A stretch of 63,784 nucleotides of DNA, the filler included, from Craspedostauros australis (lineage: Eukaryota): NCBI GenBank assembly GCA_030167865.1. It is 10 parts of 10 records of this genome, joined end to end, with 100 filler letters (N's around TTAATTAATTAA, not from the genome) between each part and the next. Parts side by side here need not be neighbours in the genome. Positions count along the whole stretch, not along the records: positions 1 to 31,669 come from JALAGF010000711.1; positions 31,770 to 35,601 come from JALAGF010000725.1; 8 more parts are not named here. One strand, given 5' to 3'. The translations under genes were made by a program, and so were the position numbers. This document shows, piece after piece, positions 24,257 to 35,701 of the stretch; positions within the stretch are counted from its first letter, which is position 1, and each line of letters begins with the position of its first letter. The notes below the pieces were generated by a model that was not told where the DNA came from, did no database searches, and saw nothing but the letters and a program-made list of their open reading frames with translations.

Positions 24257-25048
24257 ATGTCCGTGGTCGAAACAATCGCCGTTGCCGCAATGTTCTGCAA
24301 AAACAGACGCGACAGAGATCAGCGCGAGCTCATGCCCGAGTCATTCGAGCCCACCAAATACTCCGTCCTGCTGGGACGCGGAAAGACCAACATCAACTGG
24401 TTCGGCAACAGACGGCTGCGCATCATCTGCGAGGCCCATCTGAAGAAGTACTCGCAGGCGAAGTCCCGCAGCGAGAAGTCCGCCATCGTCACTGCCATCG
24501 TCGACACGATCGTGGAGGCCTGCCCCTCGGGCGGGTTCTACAAGAAGCAGTCAGGCAGATGGTACAGAGTCGAGGAAGAGCTGGCACGGGATAAGGTTGG
24601 ATGCATCCTCCGCGACAGCCTGGCCGACAAGTACAAGTCCAGCACCAAGAACAAGGTCGCCAAGCGCAGGGAACGAAGGGAGAGCGGCAGGGCGCCCATG
24701 TCACAGACGAAGCGATCATCATTCGCATCCGTCGTGTCCTTCACAGATTCCTCCTTCATGTCGTGCGCCAGCGATGACATGTCTACATCAGCGGCCTCCT
24801 GCAGGCCGTTCCGACGATCCATCACGTCGGCCATGCCCCTGTCAGTATCAATGAACGCCGTCCGAAGAGTATCCACAGCATCACTGCTATCGACAGAGTC
24901 AGGCAGCGGTTCCAGCCTGGATTTCGATTTCTGCAACCTCGATGATTCGGAAGACTCCGCAAACAACAAAAAGAGCTTCGATCAATGCTGGAGTGAGCTG
25001 ATACAGGCGGGCTGTAGGATACAGCCCATCGTCGTACCCACCAATTAA
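24257..25048 (+). CDS. DUF6824-domain protein, paralog 2
   Basis: ATG at 24257. LMPESFEPTKYSVLLGRGK...GNRRLRII...YSQAKSRSEKSAIVTAIV...GGFYKKQSGRWYRVEEELARDKVGCILRD...KYKSSTK, then a Ser-rich tail. Confidence 0.88.
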   Translation: MSVVETIAVAAMFCKNRRDRDQRELMPESFEPTKYSVLLGRGKTNINWFGNRRLRIICEAHLKKYSQAKSRSEKSAIVTAIVDTIVEACPSGGFYKKQSGRWYRVEEELARDKVGCILRDSLADKYKSSTKNKVAKRRERRESGRAPMSQTKRSSFASVVSFTDSSFMSCASDDMSTSAASCRPFRRSITSAMPLSVSMNAVRRVSTASLLSTESGSGSSLDFDFCNLDDSEDSANNKKSFDQCWSELIQAGCRIQPIVVPTN

Positions 25049-25827
25049 AGAACGAGAGAGGCATGCCGAGCGGCAACCAAACATACCATGCAACAACACT
25101 GTTGAATAGCACCATACCATACAATAGGTATTACTAGAACTTTTGAATACATTATCAATACTCCACACAACTCCAGTCTCGCTTTGTACACAATCTACTG
25201 TTGCAGTTTGCTCATGCGCAGAGTGCCGAGGCCGCAACATCGTATCCGTCTCCATGGCAGAGTCTCCATCATGGCGTCACACGGATGACAGCACAACGGA
25301 TGCCAACATGCCTGCCCTCTCGCATCTCGGAGGACACTCGCACCCACGCTCATCGATTGCAAACACCTCCATGTGCCGTCTGCTCGCGCTTCCGATTCGC
25401 AATCTAGCCCAGGGACAAGTTCGCATTGCGCTACATTTCGCCAGCAATTCTGCATGCATCCGCAGCAACGTCGCCATCGCATGACATTCACCTATCGAAG
25501 AAGAGAACAAGAGACGAACCGTGTTCGATCGAGGAATGTCAACAACACGAATCAAGGAGTCTTGGATCAGGCTGCTTGTGATTCACGATCAAGTCACAGC
25601 AATTCAATTCGAAAACAGAACAGAAATCTGAATTGCTGCTAATTTCGACAACCAGTTCAATAATTTCATGAAGATGTGGATGAAAATCTGTTGAAGTACT
25701 TTGTAATTCCCATTTTTACATTGTGGTTGATACCTTATCAATGGTCCTGCAAGTACAACAGAAGTGATGCCGACAGTCAGCGTCCTCCTTGGCGCAACTT
25801 TTCGATTTCTTCGTGTTGACCCTCGCC

Positions 25828-27297
25828 TCAATCATCGAAGATGTTCGAAATGTCCTCCGGCAAGCCCTCGGTACCGCTGCCCACGTTCCCTTGGGCCCTT
25901 TGGGCAGACAGGTTGTTGCTGCTTCCGAGGCCGATCACGTCGCATGCAGCATCGATGGTGTCGAAGAGATGAGATGGCTGCTGCTCGTTGATTGGGATCG
26001 ATCCAAGTGCTGAACACGCGTTGCCGTGCGTCAGCGAACTTTGGAGCTGGCTGTTCGAGTTTGTGGCGTCCGGCGAGATGGGAACGAGGTTGCAGCCGCT
26101 GCTGTTGCGCACTTGGTGCATGGACTGTGATAGCGGTGCCATGTCGGGGATGTTGGTCGCAGAAGCATCGCCAAGGATGTGGTCGTGAGCAACGCGCACG
26201 TTTGAGGGCGATGACAGCATCGACAGCAGGGATGCCGAGTCGGAGGAGCTGGTTGTGCACGTGGTGTCTGATACGAGGGACCGGCACGATGTCGATGGCA
26301 GCATGGTAAAGTTGCTGCCTGGGTGGTGTCCCTGGTATCCCTGCTGCAGCTGCAGGAACTGCTGTCTCTGCCGTTGCTTGTCCATCAGTTGCTTCTGCTG
26401 CTGCTGCAGCTGACGCAGCTGCTGCAGGAGGACCTGGCTCTCGGAAGAGCCGGCGTTGCATGGCGGGTGGGTGCTGTTGAACTGCGAGTTCGAGCTTGAT
26501 GGGGACGAAGCGAAGAGCTCCGGCATGCGACATGGGCCGTTGTTGAAGCTGCTGCTCATGCTGCTGCTCATGCTGTTGATGCTGACGCCGGAGTATCGCA
26601 TCGTGTTGATGTTCTCGAGGCTGACGGCGTTGCGCGTGAAGGCCGCGTTGGGCGTGCTGCCGTTGAAGGGGTTGACCTGAGAGGCGCCCTGGAGGCTTCC
26701 GACGCTGCAGACCTTCTGAGCACGGCGTCTGGCCAGCTTGGATTTGGTGCTGGAGCGGTACTTGGTGTGCAAGCAGTCGCGGAGGATGCATCCGACCTTC
26801 TCCCTGGCCACGCTCTCCTCGACCGCCCACCATCGCCCGTCCTCCTTCTTGATGAACGCGGTGTCCTTGTTCTTGTGGTTGGCACGGGCCCTCGTGACGA
26901 TCTTGGAAACGATGGCCGTCTTCTCCACCTTGGAGCGGGCGGAGGCGTACTGCTGGAGGAAGTCCTTCACGATCTCCTTCAGGCGCAGATTCCCGCTGGC
27001 CTTGGAGCACATCTTGCCCCTGCCGCAGATGACGGAGTCCTCGTTGGGTTGGAAGTCTGGTTCGAGAAGGAACTTGCCTGCTCTGCACTTTGGCACGAGT
27101 TGGACCGAACCTGATGTTGTGGTTGAGGCAGTTCGTGAGCTCATGGCATTGTTCATGGCAGTGTTCATGGCAGTGTTCATGACAGTGTTCATGGGTGTCG
27201 AAAAGGCGTGTGCTGGGGCTTTGCGGATGTGCGGCATGATGTTGATGCTGTGGTTGGACTGGTGGGTCATGCCATTGGTGCAAAGTTGTGATGTCAT
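25828..27297 (-). CDS. DUF6824-domain protein, paralog 3
   Basis: LLEPDFQPNEDSVICGRGK...GNLRLKEIV...YASARSKVEKTAIVSKIV...FIKKEDGRWWAVEESVAREKVGCILRDCLHTKYRSSTK, then a Gln/Ser-rich tail. The exact start Met is uncertain. Confidence 0.88.
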   Translation of the reverse strand: MTSQLCTNGMTHQSNHSINIMPHIRKAPAHAFSTPMNTVMNTAMNTAMNNAMSSRTASTTTSGSVQLVPKCRAGKFLLEPDFQPNEDSVICGRGKMCSKASGNLRLKEIVKDFLQQYASARSKVEKTAIVSKIVTRARANHKNKDTAFIKKEDGRWWAVEESVAREKVGCILRDCLHTKYRSSTKSKLARRRAQKVCSVGSLQGASQVNPFNGSTPNAAFTRNAVSLENINTMRYSGVSINSMSSSMSSSFNNGPCRMPELFASSPSSSNSQFNSTHPPCNAGSSESQVLLQQLRQLQQQQKQLMDKQRQRQQFLQLQQGYQGHHPGSNFTMLPSTSCRSLVSDTTCTTSSSDSASLLSMLSSPSNVRVAHDHILGDASATNIPDMAPLSQSMHQVRNSSGCNLVPISPDATNSNSQLQSSLTHGNACSALGSIPINEQQPSHLFDTIDAACDVIGLGSSNNLSAQRAQGNVGSGTEGLPEDISNIFDD

Positions 27298-30200
27298 TGT
27301 GAGCGGGGTTGGTTGGTTTCAATGATTTGAATGAGTGAGCTGGTTGGGGTTGGTCGGGAAGTGTTTGTGGTGTTGCTGGTATTGTTGTGATTGTTGTGAT
27401 TGTTGTGATTGTTCTGTGTTTGCGATTGGTGACCTTTTGATTTTATGAGAGTTCTGTCTTGATCTCTGCGTCCGTTCGTTTGTCTCTGTCGATGAGTCCC
27501 TGGGTACAAAGCGGGAAGAGATAGAAGCCACAGGGTGTGCTATCGTCAGTGGAGAGGGACAAGCAAGTCAACAAACACGCAGCACGAACAGATCCGCAAT
27601 ACCGAACGCGAGAAACTCATCGACGTGGGCGGCAACGAGGATGAAAGTGATAACGACAACAACCACCTCGGCCACGGCAACCGCGGGAATGCACCCGTCG
27701 GTGAGCAGATGTGCGTTGTTCGTTTGTGCGACAAAAGAGGCGGAGAGGCCGTAACCACTATCACGAGCAAACGTTGACCACAATGAACAAGACCAACTTC
27801 GGGGCGGGACGGCGAACCTTGTTTGGTCTTGGCACCGCACAACTCTGTTTTTCCGCTCATGGATCACTCCGGCACCGATCATTGTCCGTGATTAACCGCA
27901 ATAAGCGGAAGCGCTGGGGGCAGATTTTCCATCGTCGGGGTGCTCCGTGGAGCCTCTTTCTCCGCACACAAAGCTATCCGTGGCGAAAAGACACATCATT
28001 GAGACTCAGCTTCTCGAATAGAATGTCCTGCACGTTGTCAATCATAAGCATAGCGGACCTCCAAAATGACCCAAATTCAGAAGATGGGAAGTGAAGGAGC
28101 CAACAGCTGTTTCCCGTAATGGACAGAGATACACGAGCACGCCTCTTCGTTTGCTTCAGTCCAACAACTCAGAAAATGGTACTTTTTTGCACATAGGCGC
28201 TTGCACTCTCTGCGTCTCTGATTGATCAGCGCGAAGCATGGAGCATGGAGCGTGGAACACGGAGCACAGGCGCATGTGGCCTTATGCATTCTACGAGTAC
28301 ATTGTATAGAGCACAACGTGCATTTTAGCCCACGAGCACGTTTTAGGAGTAGAAAAGTTGAAAGCTAACAGCAGACAGACACCGCCGACAAATCACGAAC
28401 ACAGCACGCTGCCGATGTGCGGCGTTATTTTGGGTCTCGATTTCACTTCTGTGTTGACCTCATGGCATTTGCGTTGACACCATTCGTTAGACGCCCAAGG
28501 GATAATCATGTGAATGGCTCTGGACTTCGAGTAGGTCTTCACATCCCTCATGCGAAAAGTTGTAGAGAGCGGTTTGTGGAAGAGGGTACCTGCAGCGCAC
28601 GGAGGAGCAGGAGATGTCCGCGCCACGAGCACAAGAATCCACAAGGCATACGACGAAGTGTGCAAGAGTTTGTGCGCATGCTCTCCTGCTCATCTCCGCT
28701 CGTATCTTGCCTTCCTTGGTGGCGACATCCCCTTGTTGCTTGGTTCTCATGTGTCGCGATCAACAAAGTCCAACACGTACCTCTCGGAGATGTCAGATGA
28801 TCGCACATTCCGCCCCTCTCTTGTGGTCAATCCTGGCAGCGCATGGATCAAAATTGTGATTGTGGCGTTGTGGCATGGGTGTTCGTGGTGGTTATTGTGT
28901 GAGTTGCACCCACAGCCCAGAACAGAACAGCGCAGCGAATGGCAACAGAGCCTTCATTATCTTGACATCTCATGACATCCGGAGCTTCTCCGCTCGCGAC
29001 GAGACGCGCATACGCGTTCATGTCTAGATATTGTCATGATTCACGAGTGCTCCTTTGCGCTTGTTTTGCCGATGACCTAGCCCCAATCCCCTCCCCCGCG
29101 AGAAATGTCATATACATCGAGGCGCTTTCCTCTGTCGTCATCATGCGGTCCCTTCTGCTTCTACTTCCTTGTCGTATTCTGCCGCATTGTTCTTCACACT
29201 GGTGATGTACTCGTAGTTGCTCCCATTGCATGCCGTGGTCGGAGAAACGTCAGGGAGTGCATTTTCATCCATGTCCTGGTCCTTGATTGAGTACCGCACT
29301 CGTGTTCGTACTAGCGAAAGCACCAAGATGGGCAACAACCGCGATTGTCTGTGGCACATTTGCCAACGAATACCGGATACGGTAGGCAAGTCAGCAAGTG
29401 GGAAGGCACGATGCAGGTATTCGTTGAGTAGAGTAGAGTAGAGTAGAGCAGAGCAGTTTAGGTTAGAGTGAGCAGAGTTGGCACTTCTGTCTACTCTACG
29501 ATGGATTGATGGGAGCGCCAACACCAAAGGAAGCAATCTCGAAGACCAGAAACACGGAAGTTCGGGCCGTGATCATGCCTCCTCCAAGAGGACGCATGTG
29601 ACAAGCACTCCAACTATGACCTATCACCTCCCACCACGAGGTCCGAGCTATCCTTCACATTTCCTCTGCTCCACAGGTTCTTCTGTCGTCCACGAAGCGC
29701 GGCGCCTCGCCTCCAGCCAGAACGCAAACATGTAATCACGACCACGCAAGGTGAGAAGGGACGGCGGCACAAGCTCAATGACGTTACCCTAACAATAAAA
29801 CACCATAGGTAGCGCGAGGAGACATGACACGGGAGGGTTGATCAATCACAACGATCAACCGTGAAACGGCTGCTGCGTACGACTACTCATGTTCTTTCGT
29901 CCTCCATGTGTGACCGACAACTCGCAAAAGTGAGGTGATGATCGTTGTCGCGACGACGAAGGAGATGCGCTTTGACGTACGAAGTGCAGACGTAACATTC
30001 AACACATAAAACGCTGGAATCGCTGATTCGCGCCTCTGTGGAAACGGTTCAGCAACATAGCGGATGCGCTGGTTGTGAAGGAATGATTGGGCACTTGTCC
30101 GGATGGAACCGTCTGGTGGCCCATTTGTTTGTCCATGTTGTCATGTTTGCTTGTGGATACGCTGCGAGTATTCGTCCGTCCACCGACACTCCGCCCAGGT

Positions 30201-31669
30201 GTGCCCAACGCCGTCACCTTCTGCCACTACGAGTACGAGTACAAGTACAAGGAGAGTATAGGACCCGCACGTGCCGCTACAAGCCAGTTGCTCCATGTGC
30301 TTATCGAACCTCGCGTTTCATCTCGTTTTTGCTGTGCTGTGATGTGATGCGTTGCGTTGCGCGTTGTTGGCTCGACAATCACTGCATGCTGACGGAAGAA
30401 CTTGAGCGTCACGAAACAGCACAACGGAGGGTGCAGCATGCGGCACACATTGAAAACGAATACGTACGATGCGATGGAAAGCTGAAGCAAATGACTCCTG
30501 CGCCACACGTACCGTCGGTACCATCCATGCCTCTTCAAGCTGAGGTCCAGCAACGATCCCAGGTGAACGAGTGAAGGCACGCAAGGAGCAAGAATTGAGC
30601 CAATGACACAGAGAGCGCTGCCCCAAAGCCCCTCGAGAGAGTACTCTCCAGTTATGCTACTCGGCTTCCACGTTACGACCAGTACTTGTGGATGAAGACT
30701 TCTCGCGGTGCTTTGATGGCTTTGTTCCGAACGCTGCCTATACACGCTTTGTGGTATCAGAAGTATGCTTGATGCTATGCTCCAGAGTATTGTTTCACAG
30801 TATCTCTAGAGATACCAGTAGTTTGAATAGTACTACTACTTTGTTATCAAGAGATCCGCTATTATCGAACAGTATAGATTGGGTTGATTTGTCCGTTAAC
30901 GTCCGATTAAACGTGACTGGTTTTCGACGAATCGGTTTGCATTGGCGATTTTCATTCATCAGAATTCAACCACGACAACGTGAACAGGCAGAAACATCAT
31001 GCAGCAATCGACACGAATCTCCCCACACAGGACCAATAAATGTCATCGTGGCCAAAACGGTTCTCTGCTGTGAAGGTTCCCTAGCGTTTGGGCGGCGCTT
31101 CGCATCCAGACAGCGCGACAGGTCATGCGCGGATCTCGACAGCGCAAAGTGGGAATTCTGGGGTGATGGTGGACATGCAGCCAGGGAGCAACGGTAAAAA
31201 ATGAAAATTACCATAGGTCGGAAATTTAGCTGAAATGAAACACGTACGCTACAGCGGCTTGGACTGAATAGCATGACCGGGGCAACCAGTGTTGGAGCGC
31301 GGAGAGCGAAGCAACTCACAAACCCGAGAAGCACCACTCCTGTGTTGTTGGCAACTGTGCTGGTTTTGCTGATAAAGTGTGCATTTGTTCATGTTGTAAT
31401 TGATTGACTTGTGTGGGACTATTGATGTGTGGAGTAATTAAGGTGCCATTGGGGTTGTTGCCTTTGGGCGTCTGAGTGAGCGTTTGGTGTTTCTCTTCGG
31501 AGTCGCAGAGGTGGCAGAGTTCTGTTGTTTGGGGCACAACACAGTTGCAGTGTTCATGACAAAAGACACTGGATCAGTATCGTCGCCTTCGTTCTTCACG
31601 TTGTAACCAAAGTTTGTGTTGATCTCAGTGCACTCGAGCGGATCTTCGTCATGCGCAACATCTTTGTAT

Positions 31670-31769
31670 NNNNNNNNNNNNNNNNNNNNNNNNNNNNNNN
31701 NNNNNNNNNNNNNTTAATTAATTAANNNNNNNNNNNNNNNNNNNNNNNNNNNNNNNNNNNNNNNNNNNN
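31670..31769. other. Artificial contig spacer 44N-TTAATTAATTAA-44N (also at 35602-35701, 36870-36969, 38695-38794, 40799-40898, 42241-42340, 45987-46086, 50059-50158, 62552-62651)
   Basis: The same 100-nt construct occurs nine times. TTAATTAATTAA puts a stop in all six frames. Confidence 0.97.
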
Positions 31770-33920
31770 CTGGCCAGTCCGGATCTGCAGAGCTACTTCG
31801 CATGCCATGCCAATCCCATGGCGCTCTTCAATACCATCAAGGCCGACCCCAACAGACTCAGACAACTCTTGGAGGCATCATCCACATCGGACAGGCTCTT
31901 CACGGGCACATCCCAGGAGGTCACAGATATGTGCAAGGATGCGGGTGTCGCCTGCTGCGTCACCTTCAGTGCATGTCAGTGGGACGGCATCGCCACCATC
32001 GCATCCACCAGCTGCACCAGCGTGTGGTCCTGCAACGAAATCTCACGAGGGTCCATCATCCTCCACAACAGCTGCACCACCCCATGGAGCTGCTACCAGC
32101 TGAACTTCGGATCGGACGCTGGTGGATCGGGCAGCGACAGCGGATCCCTGACCTCCGTGGGACCAAACTCCTGCACCGGGGAATCGTCCTGTTTCTTGGC
32201 CGCCTCCAACACCAGAGGTGATCTGCTCATCGAGCAGGGATCGTGCACAGGAGGCAGATCCTGCCAGTCCGTGGGTGCTCGCGAGACGCCCGACCTTCCC
32301 ACCCCGCGTCTGTCCAGCGTCCAGATCGGCAGATCCTCATGCACAGCATCCAGCGCATGCCGCATGATGAAGTCTCATGATGGACAGGTGAGCGGAGATG
32401 TGATCCTCGGCGACAACACCTGCCAAGGAATCAGCTCGTGTCTGACGATGGGGGCTTCTCCCGTGTTCGACTCAGATCTGGAGCTTGGCAACAACGTGTG
32501 TGGAGGTGATTGGGCGTGCTCGGGATGCATCACTGGTTCTACGGTCGAGACCACATGCAAGGCCAAGCCTTTGGAGATGTTCTATCTCGGCGATGGCACC
32601 GCATCGTGTCCAACCCCAGACACGGCTGCATGTGTGGATCCCGACAGTGTAGGCGAGGGTCCATCCGGATCTCCGATGGCTGCCACACCTTCGGCACCGA
32701 CATCGCCAACAGTGACGACTGCTCCAACAGTGACGGCTCCCCCAACAGTCGCGCCTTCGCTTTCGTCGTCGATGGTCCCTTCGGTCGCTGGCGACGTCAT
32801 AGACATCAACAGCTGCGATCGGGAAGCATTCATGGCCTCTATCTCGTGCGAAATAGCGTCTTCGCAAGCCCAATCTTCAAACCTCCGACATGGATCCAAC
32901 AGAAGAACAAAGAGCGTGAAGTCATCGAAAAGCCTCGGCAACACCCAGAACCTCTCAACCACTACAAGTGGTTCGACGTCATCTTCGATGGACAGAGAGG
33001 ATGAGGACGATATCGACGTTCCAGGGTTTGGCTGTTCCACCCTCAAGGCTGCTCTCGAGGCAAAGCCAAGCTTACAGGATTTCTTCGCATGTAGCGATGA
33101 TCCTCTGGCCAGATTTGATGTCGTTGTGAATGACGATGATCGCCTCCAGCAACTCCTTGATGCCTCATCAGTGGCTGGCGATTTTCTCACGGGAACATCG
33201 GACCAAGTTTCTGAGCAATGCAACAAGGCTGGGGCTTCTTGCTGTTCCTCCCCACAATCATGCGAATGGAGTGGTGTCATAACTATTGGCATGGATAGCT
33301 GCACTGGGACATGGAGCTGTTTTGGTATTGCTGAAAACAGCATCGTGCTCCAGAGCAGCTGCACTGATACCTTCAGCTGCGCCAATGCCAATTCCCATCC
33401 GCAGCCAACAGCGATGACATCGATCGGGCCTAACTCATGCACAGGGCCAGACTCGTGCTGGCTGACAGGCAGGAACACAAGAGGCGATCTGCTCATCGCG
33501 CCAGGATCGTGCGTTGGCATGAGCTCCTGCGCATGGATCGGCTCTGCACCATCGCAGCCCACAGCTAATCGCTCATCGAGTATTCGCATTGGCAAGTCTT
33601 CGTGCATGGAGACAAGCGCATGCCAACTCATCAGCGCATATGCCGATCAATTGCATGGCGACATCACGATTGGTGAAGAAACTTGCCAGGGCAACCATTC
33701 CTGTTTCAACCTGGGCAACTCGCCTTACTTTGATTCCGACATCGAGCTCCGGGATAGAGTCTGTCAAGCAGACAATGCATGCAACAACTGCATGTCCGAA
33801 GACAGCGAAGAGAAAAGTTGCAGTCCAAAGCCACAGGAAATGTTCTTGCTTCCTGACGACACATTGGCATGCCCCCAACCTAGCAAGACCGCCTGTGTCC
33901 CTCCTCCAGCTGGCAGATAG
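31770..33920 (+). CDS. 5'-truncated Cys-rich repeat protein with two homologous modules and a Pro/Thr linker; probably extracellular
   Basis: The frame is open from the gap (LASPDLQSYFACHANPMALF, homologous to LEAKPSLQDFFACSDDPLARF in module 2). Repeats such as IGPNSCTGxxSC, IxxGSCxGxxSC and LGxxxCxGxxxC. Linker PTVTTAPTVTAPPTVAPS. Confidence 0.8.
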   Translation: MASPDLQSYFACHANPMALFNTIKADPNRLRQLLEASSTSDRLFTGTSQEVTDMCKDAGVACCVTFSACQWDGIATIASTSCTSVWSCNEISRGSIILHNSCTTPWSCYQLNFGSDAGGSGSDSGSLTSVGPNSCTGESSCFLAASNTRGDLLIEQGSCTGGRSCQSVGARETPDLPTPRLSSVQIGRSSCTASSACRMMKSHDGQVSGDVILGDNTCQGISSCLTMGASPVFDSDLELGNNVCGGDWACSGCITGSTVETTCKAKPLEMFYLGDGTASCPTPDTAACVDPDSVGEGPSGSPMAATPSAPTSPTVTTAPTVTAPPTVAPSLSSSMVPSVAGDVIDINSCDREAFMASISCEIASSQAQSSNLRHGSNRRTKSVKSSKSLGNTQNLSTTTSGSTSSSMDREDEDDIDVPGFGCSTLKAALEAKPSLQDFFACSDDPLARFDVVVNDDDRLQQLLDASSVAGDFLTGTSDQVSEQCNKAGASCCSSPQSCEWSGVITIGMDSCTGTWSCFGIAENSIVLQSSCTDTFSCANANSHPQPTAMTSIGPNSCTGPDSCWLTGRNTRGDLLIAPGSCVGMSSCAWIGSAPSQPTANRSSSIRIGKSSCMETSACQLISAYADQLHGDITIGEETCQGNHSCFNLGNSPYFDSDIELRDRVCQADNACNNCMSEDSEEKSCSPKPQEMFLLPDDTLACPQPSKTACVPPPAGR

Positions 33921-34485
33921 ATACTGCCACCAATGTCCCATGTCAGAATCTCCATGTGGACATGGATATGACCATCATCGTGATCACTGCCGCAAATGAA
34001 GCCAAATCATGCACAACAACAGCGTAGCGCAGTGTGGCAACGTATGGCACAAATACGCAGAATAGTTAAACTCCATTTAAAATTCCCCATACTAGTACGG
34101 CAATCTGTTGGATCTGTTTCACTGATTTGTCCAAGCAGACGGTAGGAAGCATGTCGGTGTAGAGTAGTTTCGATTGGTTTCAGCCAACAACTCTGTGAGT
34201 GGAGCTCTCCATGGTAGAGCACGCTCTCTGGACCACGAGACCAGCAATGAATCTTTGCGTCGGCGCTTGTGACATCTTCGCGATGGGCACGGGTACGATT
34301 ATGAGTGTTGGCAGGGAAGTAACGATGGAATCATTGAGAGGATGTAACGCAACTCTTTACTCTACGTTATGTATCATCCACGATCACCGTTTGCGTCGAC
34401 GTTTCTGGTCATTGAATCCCTCTTTGGCAATTTCCAGATGTGTAACTCTGCATCTGTTCTGCGATATCGCGTGTCACTCACTCGC

Positions 34486-35601
34486 TCACTCACTCTCTGC
34501 CTCCGTATCCGTGCTGCTGGCCTCGAACTGGTCACTCAGCTTGCTCACCATGTCCGCAACGATCGTGTCACCCTTCTCGATCCACTCTTGCCTGTTGCTG
34601 ATGGCGTAGTTCAGGTATTCATCACTCGACACACCGAAGACTCCACAGTTCTTCAGCTTCTTCGCCAGCGGGATGACGTAATGGTCAAAGAACATCACCT
34701 CGCCCTTCGCCCAGAAGTCTGCTGGGTTGCTGCCTGCTCGTCCGCTTCGGTAGGCAGCGTAGAGCTCGTGGAACAACCGCTCGTTCCACTTGCGGTACAC
34801 GTGCCAATGCTGCATGGTGTGAGCAACATCCGAGGCCTGGATGAGATGCTCGATCACGATGGTCGCCTTGCGGTTGACACCATCACGAGTTGCGCGTTTC
34901 GCACTGACCGATCGACCTTTCCTGCTGCTGTCGGCAGTAACGTTGCCAACATCGTTGTTGTTGCTGTTGCTGCTGTTGTCCGTAGTCTCGAATGCCTTGT
35001 TCCAGCGCTCGTTGCGGAGGACCTTGAGGTCCTTGTCGACGATGTCTGTGGCCATGACAGCGTTCACCACAAGCTCTCGGAAACGGCAGAGCTCGGCCTT
35101 GGTGGAGAAGATGGTGTTGCGCAGGTTCTCGAAGCGTTCATCCATGAGGAGATCCCATGAGAGGCTGAGCGAGTTTTGTTCCGCAACGCTCCTGTTCTTG
35201 TAGATGGCCGCAAGCCTTGGATTCTCGCTGATGAGCTGCTGGTTGGGAACGCCGGTGTGATCGACGTCGTGGATGAGTGCAGTGAAGGCGCACGCAAACT
35301 GCGTCAGCGGATCGGATGTGATTCCGTAGGTGTGATCGTGCAACGAAGATGCCTCCTTTTGCAATCTGCCCTTGTCCGCGGCATTCTCGTCGCCTACGTG
35401 AACGGTTGCCTCCGTTGCAGTGCTGCCAAGATCGAGATCCGAAGGGGCCACGATGCGTGTCATGAGCTTGATGACGGACATGGTGACATGACTCGCATGC
35501 TCGAAGCTGTGGAACGGATTCTTGCGGTACAAGCCCGCGACTTCTGTCACGTACGCTCGGAGCTCTTCGACAACGACAGAGCTGACCTCGGCGGGGCCTT
35601 G
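34486..35601 (-). CDS. Class I cyclic-nucleotide phosphodiesterase domain (5'-truncated); resembles the C-terminus of diatom cyclase-PDE fusion proteins
   Basis: NPFHSFEHASHV, ALIHDVDHTGVPN, SVAEQNS, VMATDI, LIQASDVAHTMQHW, FFDHYVIPLAKKL. The frame is open to the gap at 35601. Confidence 0.9.
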   Translation of the reverse strand, partial: QGPAEVSSVVVEELRAYVTEVAGLYRKNPFHSFEHASHVTMSVIKLMTRIVAPSDLDLGSTATEATVHVGDENAADKGRLQKEASSLHDHTYGITSDPLTQFACAFTALIHDVDHTGVPNQQLISENPRLAAIYKNRSVAEQNSLSLSWDLLMDERFENLRNTIFSTKAELCRFRELVVNAVMATDIVDKDLKVLRNERWNKAFETTDNSSNSNNNDVGNVTADSSRKGRSVSAKRATRDGVNRKATIVIEHLIQASDVAHTMQHWHVYRKWNERLFHELYAAYRSGRAGSNPADFWAKGEVMFFDHYVIPLAKKLKNCGVFGVSSDEYLNYAISNRQEWIEKGDTIVADMVSKLSDQFEASSTDTEAESE

Positions 35602-35701
35602 NNNNNNNNNNNNNNNNNNNNNNNNNNNNNNNNNNNNNNNNNNNNTTAATTAATTAANNNNNNNNNNNNNNNNNNNNNNNNNNNNNNNNNNNNNNNNNNN
35701 N

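Noticed and set aside
25832..27322. 496-aa overlapping ORF on the same strand as DUF6824 paralog 3
   Set aside because: Shadow frame of GC3-rich, low-complexity coding sequence with no motifs. The same applies to antisense ORFs over the UBR, PP2C and PUB genes.
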